This document shows, piece after piece, positions 1 through 11,640 of a stretch of 64,000 nucleotides of DNA. The stretch covers positions 107,000,352-107,064,351 of the forward strand of contig NC_068981.1 of NCBI RefSeq assembly GCF_001194135.2, in the 5' to 3' direction. Numbering within the stretch: position 1 is the stretch's first letter; the number at the start of each line of letters is the position of its first letter. The stretch comes from Octopus bimaculoides (lineage: Eukaryota). Made by a program: the position numbers and the translations under genes. The notes beneath the pieces were generated by a model. That model saw only the letters and a list, made by a program, of their open reading frames with translations. It did no database searches and was not told the DNA's origin.

Positions 1-438
1 ATTTATATATGTATATATATGGGTATACAGTTGTGTATATGTATATATATTGTAATCTTCCAATACTGAAACACGTGTAGTTCCTTCATATTTAATAAAT
101 ATAAGTATTAACTGAAGTATGATATAATTAATGAAGTATATTATATACCCAGCTGGTAATTTTGGTTATATCCTTTAAGTATTATTTCGTGATGTGCAAA
201 CAGATACCATGAGTTTACTGTCAGATATACTCATTAGGTTATTTTTGTATTATCTGAAATAGAATAACCGCATATCGATTAATCACCCAAAACTGAATAT
301 TGACTTTTATCACATACTTTGTATATTTATAGATAAATATATAAATATACGATAAATAAGACCCCAAAGAACAATATGTATATGCATATAACGCTGAAGG
401 GTTGCACCTGATTGATTTGGAAATTTGTTTTCCCAAAT

Positions 439-893
439 NNNNNNNNNNNNNNNNNNNNNNNNNNNNNNNNNNNNNNNNNNNNNNNNNNNNNNNNNNNNNN
501 NNNNNNNNNNNNNNNNNNNNNNNNNNNNNNNNNNNNNNNNNNNNNNNNNNNNNNNNNNNNNNNNNNNNNNNNNNNNNNNNNNNNNNNNNNNNNNNNNNNN
601 NNNNNNNNNNNNNNNNNNNNNNNNNNNNNNNNNNNNNNNNNNNNNNNNNNNNNNNNNNNNNNNNNNNNNNNNNNNNNNNNNNNNNNNNNNNNNNNNNNNN
701 NNNNNNNNNNNNNNNNNNNNNNNNNNNNNNNNNNNNNNNNNNNNNNNNNNNNNNNNNNNNNNNNNNNNNNNNNNNNNNNNNNNNNNNNNNNNNNNNNNNN
801 NNNNNNNNNNNNNNNNNNNNNNNNNNNNNNNNNNNNNNNNNNNNNNNNNNNNNNNNNNNNNNNNNNNNNNNNNNNNNNNNNNNNNNNNNNNNN
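439..893. other. Assembly gap
   Basis: Run of N. Confidence 1.
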
Positions 894-974
894 CAGTGAC
901 TTTATTTCTCTATCTTTATCTTATGATATTTACTTTGTTATATATTATACTCATTTATTGTGCTTTTAAATAGT

Positions 975-1119
975 GGATTTTCATCGATGAGTTCTTGAAA
1001 CTTGGTTCTTTTCCCTAAAACTATATATATATATATATATAATTATATATACATGCAGATATATAAATATATCATTTAGAGAAAAGAACTACAGTTCCTG
1101 AACTCATCCATGAGAATCC
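975..1119. repeat. Fold-back (MITE-like) element with about 45-bp imperfect inverted arms around an (AT)n core
   Basis: ggattttcatcgatgagttc...gttcttttccctaaa (975-1019) versus the reverse complement of 1075-1119, ggattctcatggatgagttc...gttcttttctctaaa. Confidence 0.65.
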
Positions 1120-1459
1120 AGTCACATATAGAAAAAATTTAATAAGTAAATACACTAAAAAGAACTATAATAAAATACAAAGTAATAATTATTAAAATTA
1201 TTTTATTTTATTTTATTTTTGATAAATTAAATTAAATTGAGTTTTTACCTGTAAATTTGGATCCCTAATATTATTATCATAATTATATATATGTATGTAT
1301 ATATACATGTATATAAATTTAAATAAGTGTAAAAATTGATATTAATTAAATTAATACCAAATTAAACCAGTGGCCAAGCATATTGAACAAAATCTGAAGA
1401 GTCAGAAAATTATATTGCATACATATAAGAGCAATGACCACTAGGTGGATTCCTAATAT

Positions 1460-1643
1460 GCTGAAGGTAGACCCCATATGGTCTAGTCACTAAAAAAAAA
1501 TTGTTCTAAACACTATATTTCTTCTGATTACTATATTTTGTATGTTTTCATTTGTTTTGCTTGCTTTATGTTCTGGTGTTTGCTGAAATTTCTTGAGAAC
1601 AATTTTGTCTTAGTGGTTAGACCATATGGTATCTACCTTTAGC
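1460..1643. repeat. Fold-back (MITE-like) element with 48-bp inverted arms
   Basis: gctgaaggtagaccccatatggtctagtcactaaaaaaaaattgttct (1460-1507) versus the reverse complement of 1596-1643, gctaaaggtagataccatatggtctaaccactaagacaaaattgttct. Confidence 0.75.
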
Positions 1644-1649
1644 ATTCCT

Positions 1650-1684
<35 letters not shown>

Positions 1685-2171
1685 NNNNNNNNNNNNNNNN
1701 NNNNNNNNNNNNNNNNNNNNNNNNNNNNNNNNNNNNNNNNNNNNNNNNNNNNNNNNNNNNNNNNNNNNNNNNNNNNNNNNNNNNNNNNNNNNNNNNNNNN
1801 NNNNNNNNNNNNNNNNNNNNNNNNNNNNNNNNNNNNNNNNNNNNNNNNNNNNNNNNNNNNNNNNNNNNNNNNNNNNNNNNNNNNNNNNNNNNNNNNNNNN
1901 NNNNNNNNNNNNNNNNNNNNNNNNNNNNNNNNNNNNNNNNNNNNNNNNNNNNNNNNNNNNNNNNNNNNNNNNNNNNNNNNNNNNNNNNNNNNNNNNNNNN
2001 NNNNNNNNNNNNNNNNNNNNNNNNNNNNNNNNNNNNNNNNNNNNNNNNNNNNNNNNNNNNNNNNNNNNNNNNNNNNNNNNNNNNNNNNNNNNNNNNNNNN
2101 NNNNNNNNNNNNNNNNNNNNNNNNNNNNNNNNNNNNNNNNNNNNNNNNNNNNNNNNNNNNNNNNNNNNNNN
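1685..2171. other. Assembly gap
   Basis: Run of N following an (AT)n tract. Confidence 1.
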
Positions 2172-3354
2172 TATTGCGCACACGCACACACTTCATATCC
2201 CCCTCCGCCGTTTACATGCATACAAATATATTCACACAGACTTGAAACGCTGTTTGATGTATTTTTTTCATACTACAATTTTAATCATTAAATTAAACTT
2301 TTGGCTGTATTGTATCTGTTTAGTTTTGTCTTTCTCTTTTTTCTTTCTTTCTTTCTTTTTTTTTTTTTGCATTGATTCTAATGATTTTCATTGGCTTTGT
2401 GTCTAAACTTGTGCACAAAGTACTGTTGTAAAAGTTTAAATAAGCAAGCTTCTTGGGTCCAGGGAGAGAATGAGTGTCATCATCATTTAATGTCCATCTT
2501 CTATGCTGGTATGAGTTGGACATGTGAATATTAGTAAAATGTATGTTCATCATGAAGAAAATTCAAAAACTGAAGTTGTGATGTTTATACTACTAGAGTT
2601 GCCCTCTTGTCACTAACACCATCCAAGTCACAAAGGGTCAGTAGTTGATCTGTTTGCAACTTAAAACACACAAGGTTATTTTTCACAAATTACAGGGTAA
2701 AGTTAAAACAAAAACAAAACATTTTTAATATGATGAATAGCATCAGTTGCTTAATACACAACTCCTAATTATTTAAACTAAAATAATGAGGGCTAGTTGT
2801 AAAAGTGATATATACTAACAGTGACATATACCCATGGCCCAGAAACATGTTGGAAAAAATAATTATATCAGATCTCTGAGTACCAAGCTTTGCAGAATTG
2901 AAAAAGAAAATATGTTGTATACTATTTCTTATCTTTAAAGTATTGTTTGTTTTCTTTCTCATCATGGTATATGAATAAAAGTAGATGGGTCTATTTTTTT
3001 GTGAAGTTATTTCAGTTATTATTTCAGAATCTATTTATCAATATTATAACATTTTGTTAAATTATTTGCCACAGGTTTAACTAGTAATTATCTGTCTTAC
3101 TGTGTAAGTTGTATTCAGTAACTCTACAGCAACTACTTAACTTCTGTAATATAGTTAACCATCATTAAATTTGAACAGTAGTTTTGTGTGCAGGCTGCTA
3201 TTATGATAAATCAGCTTAACATTGATTTCAATTTTGCTCCTGGGAACTTTTTGCTTATTTTTTCTTTTCTTTTTATAACTTTACCAAAATAGAATTAGGT
3301 CTTGAATAGATTGCTAGAATATTTAGTAGATGAATTTATGGAATGTATTTTTGT

Positions 3355-3748
3355 AATGGGTGTATGTTAAGATTTGCTTCCCAACCACACGGTTTAGAGT
3401 TTAGTCCCACTGAATGTAGGGCTAATATTTCCTACATGGTACATTGGGCTAGTGTTTTCTACTATAGCCTTGGGCTGACCAAAACCTTGTTAGCAGATTT
3501 GGTAAATCAAGGTTAAATGAAACTCATTATGTGTATATATATGTGTGTGTGTGTCTTTTTTGTTTTGTTTGTCCCCAACTGCTGCTTGACAACCTTTGTT
3601 GGGTTTTTTTTTTATGTCCCTGTAACTTTTGGCAAAAGGGACTGAAAGAATAAGTACCTATCTTAGTAAGTACTGGATTCAATTTGTTCAACTAAACTCC
3701 TCAAGGTGGTACCCCAGCATGGCTGTAGTCCAATGACTGAAACAAAAG
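3355..3748 (+). mobile_element. tRNA-derived SINE, family B (about 400 bp, internal (TG)n)
   Basis: Head ttgcttcccaaccacacggtttagagtttagtcccactg, body ctactatagccttgggctgacc and tail aatgactgaaacaaaaga. Related pieces recur at about 7595-7950, 8160-8330, 17110-17190, 26640-26760, 34190-34290, 34890-34950 and 38020-38210. Confidence 0.75.
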
Positions 3749-3971
3749 ATATCATTTAATTACACATTTCTCTATACAACTCAGGTTATGAATTGTCAGT
3801 TCTCTATAAATCTATGACAATTCTAGAACTGTTGTGCCTGACTTATATATAAGTCTGCTATGAGCTAATTTCAACGATGTTCATTTGTTTTCCTGTGTTA
3901 TTTAGAATTCATCTGACGTTAGATAATTATCTATTATGATATTGTTTCATGGATTCTAATAATCCTTTTTG

Positions 3972-4166
3972 TCACAGGCAGAAAGCCTGAAATTTTTAGG
4001 AAGGTGGCTAGTTTATTATATTGACCCAGTGCTCAACTGGTACTTATTTCATCGACCCTGAAAGGATGAAAGACAAAGTCAACCTTAGTGGAATTTGAAG
4101 TTCAAACATAAAGGTGGACAAAATGCATTTTGTCTGGCATGCTAACAATTCAGTCAGCTCTCCATC
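3972..4166 (-). mobile_element. tRNA-derived SINE, family A
   Basis: Shares gacccagtgctcaactggtacttat...gaaaggatgaaag.caaagtcaacct...gaatttgaa with the copies at 21451, 44356 and 63408. Confidence 0.75.
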
Positions 4167-4350
4167 TCATCAATTCTAATAATGTTTGTGTTTCAAGCCA
4201 GTGCCTACCTTACTGTTGATATTTTTCAAAGTAAAAACCTAGATGCCATGTTCTTTATATGTTAGTGCAAAGAATATGGTACAAGCTAATCTAAAGGCAG
4301 TCTACAATGGCATGAATGCTACTACTACTATTACTATTACTACTAATAAT

Positions 4351-4571
4351 GGTTTCTAATTTAGGTACAGGGTCTGCACTTTTGAGAGGGATGGGTTTAG
4401 TCAATACCAGCAACCCTTGTATTTTACTGGTACATCATTTTATCAACCTGGGGTTGGGGAATGAAAGGCAGAGTTGACCTCAGCAAAATTTGAACTCATA
4501 GTCTAAAGAGCTGAAGTAAATGTCACAAGATATATTTTCTGACATGCTACTGTTTCTACCAGTTTGCCATT
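4351..4571 (-). mobile_element. SINE family A (decayed)
   Basis: ggtttctaatttaggtacagg...gaaaggcagagttgacctcagcaaaatttgaactc matches family A. Confidence 0.65.
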
Positions 4572-5240
4572 CTACTGTTACTACTACTACTAATAATGAT
4601 ATACTCAATATGATACTTCCCAAAGAGTAGGGAGAAACACACTATTGGAATGCTAACTATAGATGACTACTCAGTATCAATTTAACCATAATCATTTCAC
4701 TTTGCTTGCATTGGTTACATAATTTCTTTCTTGCAAATAAAAGTTAATATTTATTAATTTCGTTAACAGTAGGCTTTTGATGGAGACATTAACAGATCAG
4801 ATTTTGTGTCTTTTTCTTATCCTCTGTACTGCACTATAGCCATGAGAAACTTTTATCTCTCCATTGGTCCTATGTACCCCATGCTGTAATTAGGTATCAT
4901 CTATTACTGCAATTTTTTGTCACCTGTAGGAATACTATATGGATTGAGATCTATTTTTTAATGTTGATTAGAAAGGAATAAATTCTGCTAGACTACTCAA
5001 AATTTTCATTTTGAAGAAAGAAATTTTCAAGTAGTTCCCTTTAATAGATTGTGGAACTCTCCACTCCCTTATTTTCCGAAAATAAAAAGAATGCAATAAA
5101 CAGATCAAGAGGACATGCGTGGGATAGAGAGTCTTTGAAGAGGTCACAGGATGTATGACGAAAGATCTTTAAAGCTGAAGTAATGGCCAAATATATAGTT
5201 CCTGGGTTTAAGGTAGTTTACTTTTCAGAAAAATTCTAGT

Positions 5241-5423
5241 ATCTTGTTCAAAACGGTGTTTTATGTCGTGTTTTTGGTACCGAAAGACTTTCAGACTTCG
5301 TATACTTATCTATTTTGTGTTATAGAACAGAAAAAATTTTTTTGTAATGACACATTCTACCAGTGTCCCAAGTTTCAAAGTGTTTCGTTAAGAAAATACT
5401 GGTGCCCCCGTTTTGAACAAGAT
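5241..5423. repeat. 16-bp perfect inverted repeat inside a probable DNA-transposon derivative
   Basis: atcttgttcaaaacgg (5241-5256) and ccgttttgaacaagat (5408-5423). Outer termini are not resolved. Confidence 0.5.
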
Positions 5424-6617
5424 CCAAATTCTATTGCATGGCAGAATGTAAATGAAACTTCTACTGTTTCTAAAGTAGAGAGAAGTACAAGAGAAAAGAA
5501 GTTTTCATATTTTTTTTTTCTAACTATCCTGACCCAGTTCTTCAAGTGATGGTTTTTTCCTGAAGACTTAAGTACGTTGTCAAGTTGTTTGGGCTGACTA
5601 AAATAATTTCTTGACAGCGGCATAACAAGCGCATGGCTCATTTTCAATACTCCTGTGCACAAAACCCTACCTATCTACTCCTGACGTAAACGCATCTTAA
5701 GTGACCCTTCTGCTGCATTAATATAGACGAGAGAAAACCTCAGAATATATGGAAAATTCGGGATGGTCATGGTTGGAATGTCGTTGATTGTTAGCTTACT
5801 TGATCAGAGTAAGTGTAAGCCTGATCTGCACCAGCCATCACGCACACACCAACATTTTCATTTTCCCTTTCCTTTCTATTATTCTCCCTGTCTCTGAGTC
5901 GACCTGATTACTATTGTTTTTACAATGTTAAAAATCGTCGTTAGGAGCATTATTATTTCAAGTGTGGAACAAAAATAAGTTATCTCTCTTTGTCTGGCTT
6001 TTGTGACGACAGCAGTCTCACCGTCTTACCTATAAGAGCTGAACGACACGTAGATTTTATATCTCAGCCGACTCACACGCTTAGAAAAGAAAAAAAGTGT
6101 AAAATATAACAAAAGAGAAAAAAAATCTATATACACGAAATTCTGTCAATACGTCATTTAGTGCCCACTTATATCAAAGGCGTGTGCTAACTTGCGACAC
6201 GCTGTACAGTAAAGGCGTTTCTCTCAAACTTAGAATTTGTAGTTTACATTCTCCGTCCGCAATATTTAATATACACAAACCTGTCCACTACCCCAGCGAT
6301 CCCCAGAAAGGTTGACAAAGCTTATAAGTTTTGAGGTGCAGAGTTTTCTCTACGATGCTTTACAAATAACGTGAGTACATGTGTTTATTGCTGCTGTCAC
6401 TGCTGCTGCTTTTTGATGCTACCACTACTGTACAACTTATTTATTTATTAGAAGAGTATGTAGTGTTACTTAGGAGAAGTTAACGTGGAATACGATGGAA
6501 TTCAACACCGGAATTCGCATTCTCTCTCACTAGTGAAGAAACTGTTAGTCTGATATTTTACCTACAGCTTCTATTGCTTTCCTATACACGTTATTTTCGT
6601 GTACTTTTCTTTCGTTT

Positions 6618-6654
<37 letters not shown>

Positions 6655-6795
6655 ATTCCATAATTGTAAGTCCGATATTGTTTCGTTTGTGGCTCATCGA
6701 GCCGGACATAGCTTCTTTTTGAACTTGTCACCCCTGGAGTTATGTATTACACATGCACATACTGCACATACACACTGTATATATACCACTTTTCA

Positions 6796-6877
<82 letters not shown>
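6796..6877. repeat. Compound microsatellite (CT)n(AT)n(AC)n immediately upstream of caacATGGCG
   Basis: Directly visible. Confidence 0.95.
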
Positions 6878-6883
<6 letters not shown>

Positions 6884-7156
6884 CAACATGGCGAAGGTAA
6901 AGAATACGCACGCTCGGTGTTTAGGGTTATTGTTACGCCGAAAACGGGTTGCGTGCGTTTTCTTTACCTCCGCCTTCAACATGCACATACACATTTACTT
7001 CATACAAACGTGAACACTATATAATTAGTTATGGGGAGAAAAAAACGTAGTGGTTAAGGTTCCAAATTGTTACATTAAATTAGCATGATTCGTACTCTGT
7101 TATTAACATCAGTTCTTCATTTAACATTTTAATGAGCGTTTGTTTACTTCCTGCAG

Positions 7157-7272
7157 GGCGATAAGAAATATACATGCACGACATACTGATATTAACATGT
7201 TTTCTATGTACACTATATTACTTGCAAGAAACACTTAGGTGCTGGACCTCGTCCAGCTTTCACCTCAATGCG
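7157..7272 (+). other. Candidate small non-coding 5'UTR exon
   Basis: Acceptor tttgtttacttcctgcag|GGCG and possible donor GCG|GTATTT. Splice-signal evidence only. Confidence 0.25.
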
Positions 7273-7658
7273 GTATTTCATTTCTCACATCGCAGTTGCT
7301 TGTTCAAATTCTGCCGGTGACAACTTTACGTTTCTTTCTTTCCTTTTGTCTTTCTTTCTATCTTTCTGTTTGTGTTTCTTCCTGCCTTTTGTTCCCTACC
7401 TTTCCGTTTTTTGTCTTTCTTCCTTCCAATAATCAAATTAATTTTTCGTTAGATTAATATAATATACTGGGATAGATTCAGTACACCATACACTTTGCTC
7501 TTCGAACAGAAATATGCTTGTGACTTCTCAGAATTGTTAGAGCATCAGAAAAATACTATGTGGCATTCGTCCAAGCAATCAAATCCCGCTGAGCTCAACT
7601 CCCAACCACATGGTTTCGAGTTCAGCCCCACTGAGTGACACCTTGAGCAAGTATCTTC

Positions 7659-7833
7659 GGTCATTTTTCAGATTAACACCCGCACGATCTTCACTAGGGT
7701 CAGGGTTTTAGGGTTAGGGTTTGGGTTAGGGAATTCCGCCCCTAACCGTAACCGTAACCCTAAACAATAACCCTAAAACCCTAACCCCAACACCCTAGTG
7801 AAGATCGTACGAGTGTTAATCTGAAAAATTACC
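7659..7833. mobile_element. Palindromic MITE with 42-bp TIRs, 8-bp TSD and internal (TTAGGG)/(CCCTAA) arrays; Merlin-type candidate
   Basis: TIR ggtcatttttcagattaacacccgcacgatcttcactagggt versus the reverse complement of the right end has 3 mismatches in 42 bp. TSD GTATCTTC at 7651-7658 and 7834-7841. Removing the element restores the SINE-B motif gcaagtatcttctactatagc. Confidence 0.8.
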
Positions 7834-8560
7834 GTATCTTCTACTATAGCTCCGGGCCTTGTGAGTAAATTTGGTAGACGGAAACGGAAAGACCCGTTTT
7901 GTGTGTGTGTGTGTGTGTGTGTGCTCCTTGTCTTGGCATCGTGTGTTAGTTTTAAATGAATGTCACTGTCACACAAGCACTATCAGGTAGAAAATCTACC
8001 TCAGTAAACACTGTCCAATCCAAACAAGCATGGAAAAGTGGGCGTTAAAATGATGATAATGATTGAAACACATGTATGTATAATTATATATGTGTGTGTA
8101 CATGTATGTATGAATGATTATGCATATTTATACAGATATAATTCATTTGTATATATGCTGCCGGTTTTTCATAGCAGCAGACACGGCTCTGCAGTTAAGA
8201 AGTTTGCTTTGCAAACGCGTGGTTTGGGGTTCAATGCCGCTGGACACCTTGGCAATGTGTCCTCTGCTAAAGCCCTAGCCCATCAATCGCTTGTGAGTCT
8301 CGTTTATTGAAAATGTGTGGAAGCATGTCGTGTATATATGCACATGTGTATGCGTGTCCCGTGTCCCATACACATAGCTTCACAAACGCTTTTTGGTTTC
8401 ATTACGTTTCTTTAATTTAGCTGTTGGCGAAAGTCAACAATAGAATAAATACGAGACTTTAAAAAAATAAGTACTTGTGTTGATTCGAATGCCCTGGCAT
8501 AGCCACATTCCAAAGACTGGAACACGTCCAAGATTATATATATATGTGTGTGTGTATATT

Positions 8561-8631
<71 letters not shown>

Positions 8632-9283
8632 GTATTGAGAGAGAGAGAGAGAGCGCAATAAGAAAATGGAGGGGATCAATAGGTGGTATTCATCAACTTT
8701 TAGGCATTATATTATGTCAATTTATTTATTTACGGAAAGGATAATTATAACAATATACATACATGTATAACATATCATGCTTTACATATGATATATAAAA
8801 ATATCAGTAATTATTAAAATATATAACATATAGCAATAGAAATTGGGATAATATCTTACCACTGTTTCAGTCCAGAGGCAATAATACCTCTTTCTACTTT
8901 TATCCCTCCAGTGGACTGAAGTAATTAGTAGGAGAAATATTGAGGTACTTGGGTGTTTCTCTAGGCTTCATCAGAGATTTTAGAAAGTACATAAGGTTAA
9001 GTTATAAATATAAATACACACACATATACATACATATACCTACACTTAAATGTACATGCATATGCATGTATATGCATACAAATGAATCAATTATTATTAT
9101 TAGTAGTAGTAGTAGTAGTATTAGATGCATTATATTATTCATAGTAGATAAAATATAAACAGAGGTGTGAGAAAGTTATTATAAGAGGAGTAATATTGTA
9201 ATTTATGAAATCTATATATCTTAAGATTATTTTAGTTATGTAAGAATGAAACTATATACATGAGGAATACATACACATACATA

Positions 9284-10174
9284 CAGTGGGGGGAAATAAA
9301 TATTCGTACATGTCAAAATTCTTTATTTATTTAATTTCTAATGAACATAAATGGGATTTACCAATACTATATTTGCATACGCATGCATAAACTAAGAATA
9401 TGCAAAAGAAACAAATAAATGATAGTAACTAATGAATCTATATACAATTATAAATATTTAGGGGTGAAAAAAGTATTCGTACAGAATAAATTTATGATTT
9501 TTCTATGCCACAAAATACTGTTAAAATAATTTTTTTTAACTAGAACTTTCTCGTTTGTTCCAATAATCTTATCAATAGTCATTTTTAAGTGTCAAAACAC
9601 TAGCTTCTTCATTTAGTACTGAGACAATATAAAGTTGTGTCGTAATAATGGCGAAAAGTAAAGAACTCACAAATTCAGTGAAAAACTTAATTATTGAACA
9701 GTGGAAAGCAGGTAAAAGTTACAGGAAAATATCAGAGACCCTTTGTATTCCATTTTCTACCATATCTTCATTTATTCAAAGATATAAAAAAAATCAGGAA
9801 TTGTTGAAAACAGAATAAGATCCGGTGCACCACACCAGATTTCCCCTAGATCTTTAAGAAAAATGAAGTGAACAATGGAAAAAAAACGCAATGATCACCA
9901 GAAAGAAGTTGCAAGATTTGTTAGCTTCAGGAACTAGTGTTACACTACAAGCAATCAGCAATGAACTTCATAGGAATGAACTGAAGTCATGCTCTCCTAG
10001 AAAAACTCCGCTGTTGACTAAAAGGCATAGAGAGGCCCGTTTAAAATTTGTTTATGAACATAAAGATAAATCTGATACATTGAGAAAATGTTCTGTGGAC
10101 AGACGAGTCAAAAATTGAATTGTTTTAGGACAAAATTCACAAGGTCATGTTTGGAAGAAAGATGGTACAGCCTA
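9284..10174 (+). mobile_element. 5' half of a Tc1-family (IR/DR type) transposon with a frameshifted transposase
   Basis: TA + CAGTGGGGGGAAATAAATATTCGTAC left TIR, and an inner DR GGGGTGAAAAAAGTATTCGTAC at about 9460-9482. ORF from ATG 9648: MAKSKELTNSVKNLIIEQWKAGKSYRKISETLCIPFSTISSFIQRY, then RSGAP, PRKTPLL..RH..ARLKF and VLWTDESKIELF (first catalytic D). It is cut off by RTE-derived sequence at about 10175. Confidence 0.9.
9648..10174 (+). pseudogene. Tc1 transposase N-terminal pseudogene (paired-like HTH plus start of the DDE domain)
   Basis: The motifs above are recovered across about 3 frameshifts and one stop codon. Confidence 0.85.
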
Positions 10175-10652
10175 TTTTCCGAAAGCGAAATCGGGATAGC
10201 ACCTGTGCCCAGCATCGCCTTTCTGGCACTTGTGCCTGTGACATGTGTAAGGATTTTCGAGCGAGATCGTTGCCAGTGCCCCTGGACTGGCTCTTGTGCG
10301 GGTGGCACATAAAATACACCATTTTGAGCGTGGCTGTTGCCAGTACCGCCTGACTAGCCCTTGTGCCGGTAGCATGTAAAAGCACCCACTACACTCTCTG
10401 TGTGGTTGGCGTTAGGAAGGGCATCCAGCTGTAGAAACTCTGCCAAATCAGATTGGAGCCTGGTGTTGCCATCTGGTTTCACCAGTCCTCAGTCAAATCG
10501 TCCAACCCATGCTAGCATGGGTTGGACGATTTGACTGAGGACTGGTGAAACCAGATGGCAACACCAGGCTCCAATCTGATTTGGCAGAGTTTCTACAGCT
10601 GGATGCCCTTCCTAACGCCAACCACACAGAGAGTGTAGTGGGTGCTTTTACA
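10175..10652. mobile_element. RTE LINE 3'UTR fragment folded into a perfect 278-bp palindrome
   Basis: The sequence matches the 3'UTR of the RTE at 22521-23150. Bases 10375-10513 are the exact reverse complement of 10514-10652. Confidence 0.8.
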
Positions 10653-11217
10653 NNNNNNNNNNNNNNNNNNNNNNNNNNNNNNNNNNNNNNNNNNNNNNNN
10701 NNNNNNNNNNNNNNNNNNNNNNNNNNNNNNNNNNNNNNNNNNNNNNNNNNNNNNNNNNNNNNNNNNNNNNNNNNNNNNNNNNNNNNNNNNNNNNNNNNNN
10801 NNNNNNNNNNNNNNNNNNNNNNNNNNNNNNNNNNNNNNNNNNNNNNNNNNNNNNNNNNNNNNNNNNNNNNNNNNNNNNNNNNNNNNNNNNNNNNNNNNNN
10901 NNNNNNNNNNNNNNNNNNNNNNNNNNNNNNNNNNNNNNNNNNNNNNNNNNNNNNNNNNNNNNNNNNNNNNNNNNNNNNNNNNNNNNNNNNNNNNNNNNNN
11001 NNNNNNNNNNNNNNNNNNNNNNNNNNNNNNNNNNNNNNNNNNNNNNNNNNNNNNNNNNNNNNNNNNNNNNNNNNNNNNNNNNNNNNNNNNNNNNNNNNNN
11101 NNNNNNNNNNNNNNNNNNNNNNNNNNNNNNNNNNNNNNNNNNNNNNNNNNNNNNNNNNNNNNNNNNNNNNNNNNNNNNNNNNNNNNNNNNNNNNNNNNNN
11201 NNNNNNNNNNNNNNNNN
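10653..11217. other. Assembly gap
   Basis: Run of N. Confidence 1.
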
Positions 11218-11339
11218 TATATATATATATATATATATATTTCCATACAAACATACTCATAGGTACATACATATTAGATGTGTTTAGAAGGGAGGATTAA
11301 TGCAGTAGTTCATATCATTATAATTATATAATATACAGT

Positions 11340-11640
11340 AGATAATTTTTTTATTCCACAACGTATTTGTAGTGGCTTCATGCAGACATAGCATGAATTC
11401 AATCCTTGATTGCCAAATTTCACTTGACACTTCAACACCGCTTTTCTCACAGTAAAGCAATAGTTTTTCTGTGAATACCAACAGTCGTGTATTTCTCCAG
11501 ATGCCTTCGTTAAACAGAATAATGTCTTTCCTTCTTGCCAGCCTCAGACAACATCTCTCACCAACCTCGGACGATTTTTCACGCCAACCTCCAAAAGCCT
11601 CTCTTGCAATCTCTTCAACAATCTCTTCCTCCTCCAACTG
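11340..11640 (-). mobile_element. Possible decayed C-terminal Cys-rich region of a piggyBac-type transposase
   Basis: Mixed frames give IVEEIAREA...CCLRL, HDCWYSQK, YCEKSGV and SCYVCMKP, loosely resembling the piggyBac C-terminal cysteine-rich domain. Weak. Confidence 0.3.

Larger units (their letters stand above)
5600..7500. promoter_or_regulatory. Putative promoter / non-coding first-exon region of the GALNT gene, possibly bidirectional
   Basis: CpG is visibly retained in non-TE sequence here relative to the rest of the window. CRE-like TGACGTAA at 5682. YY1/Kozak-like caacATGGCG at 6884-6893 is followed by donor AAG|GTAAAG (6897). Another + donor, AGA|GTAAGT, at 5809. Minus-strand donors TAG|GTAAGA (6029) and CG|GTGAGA (6021). 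Confidence 0.45.
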
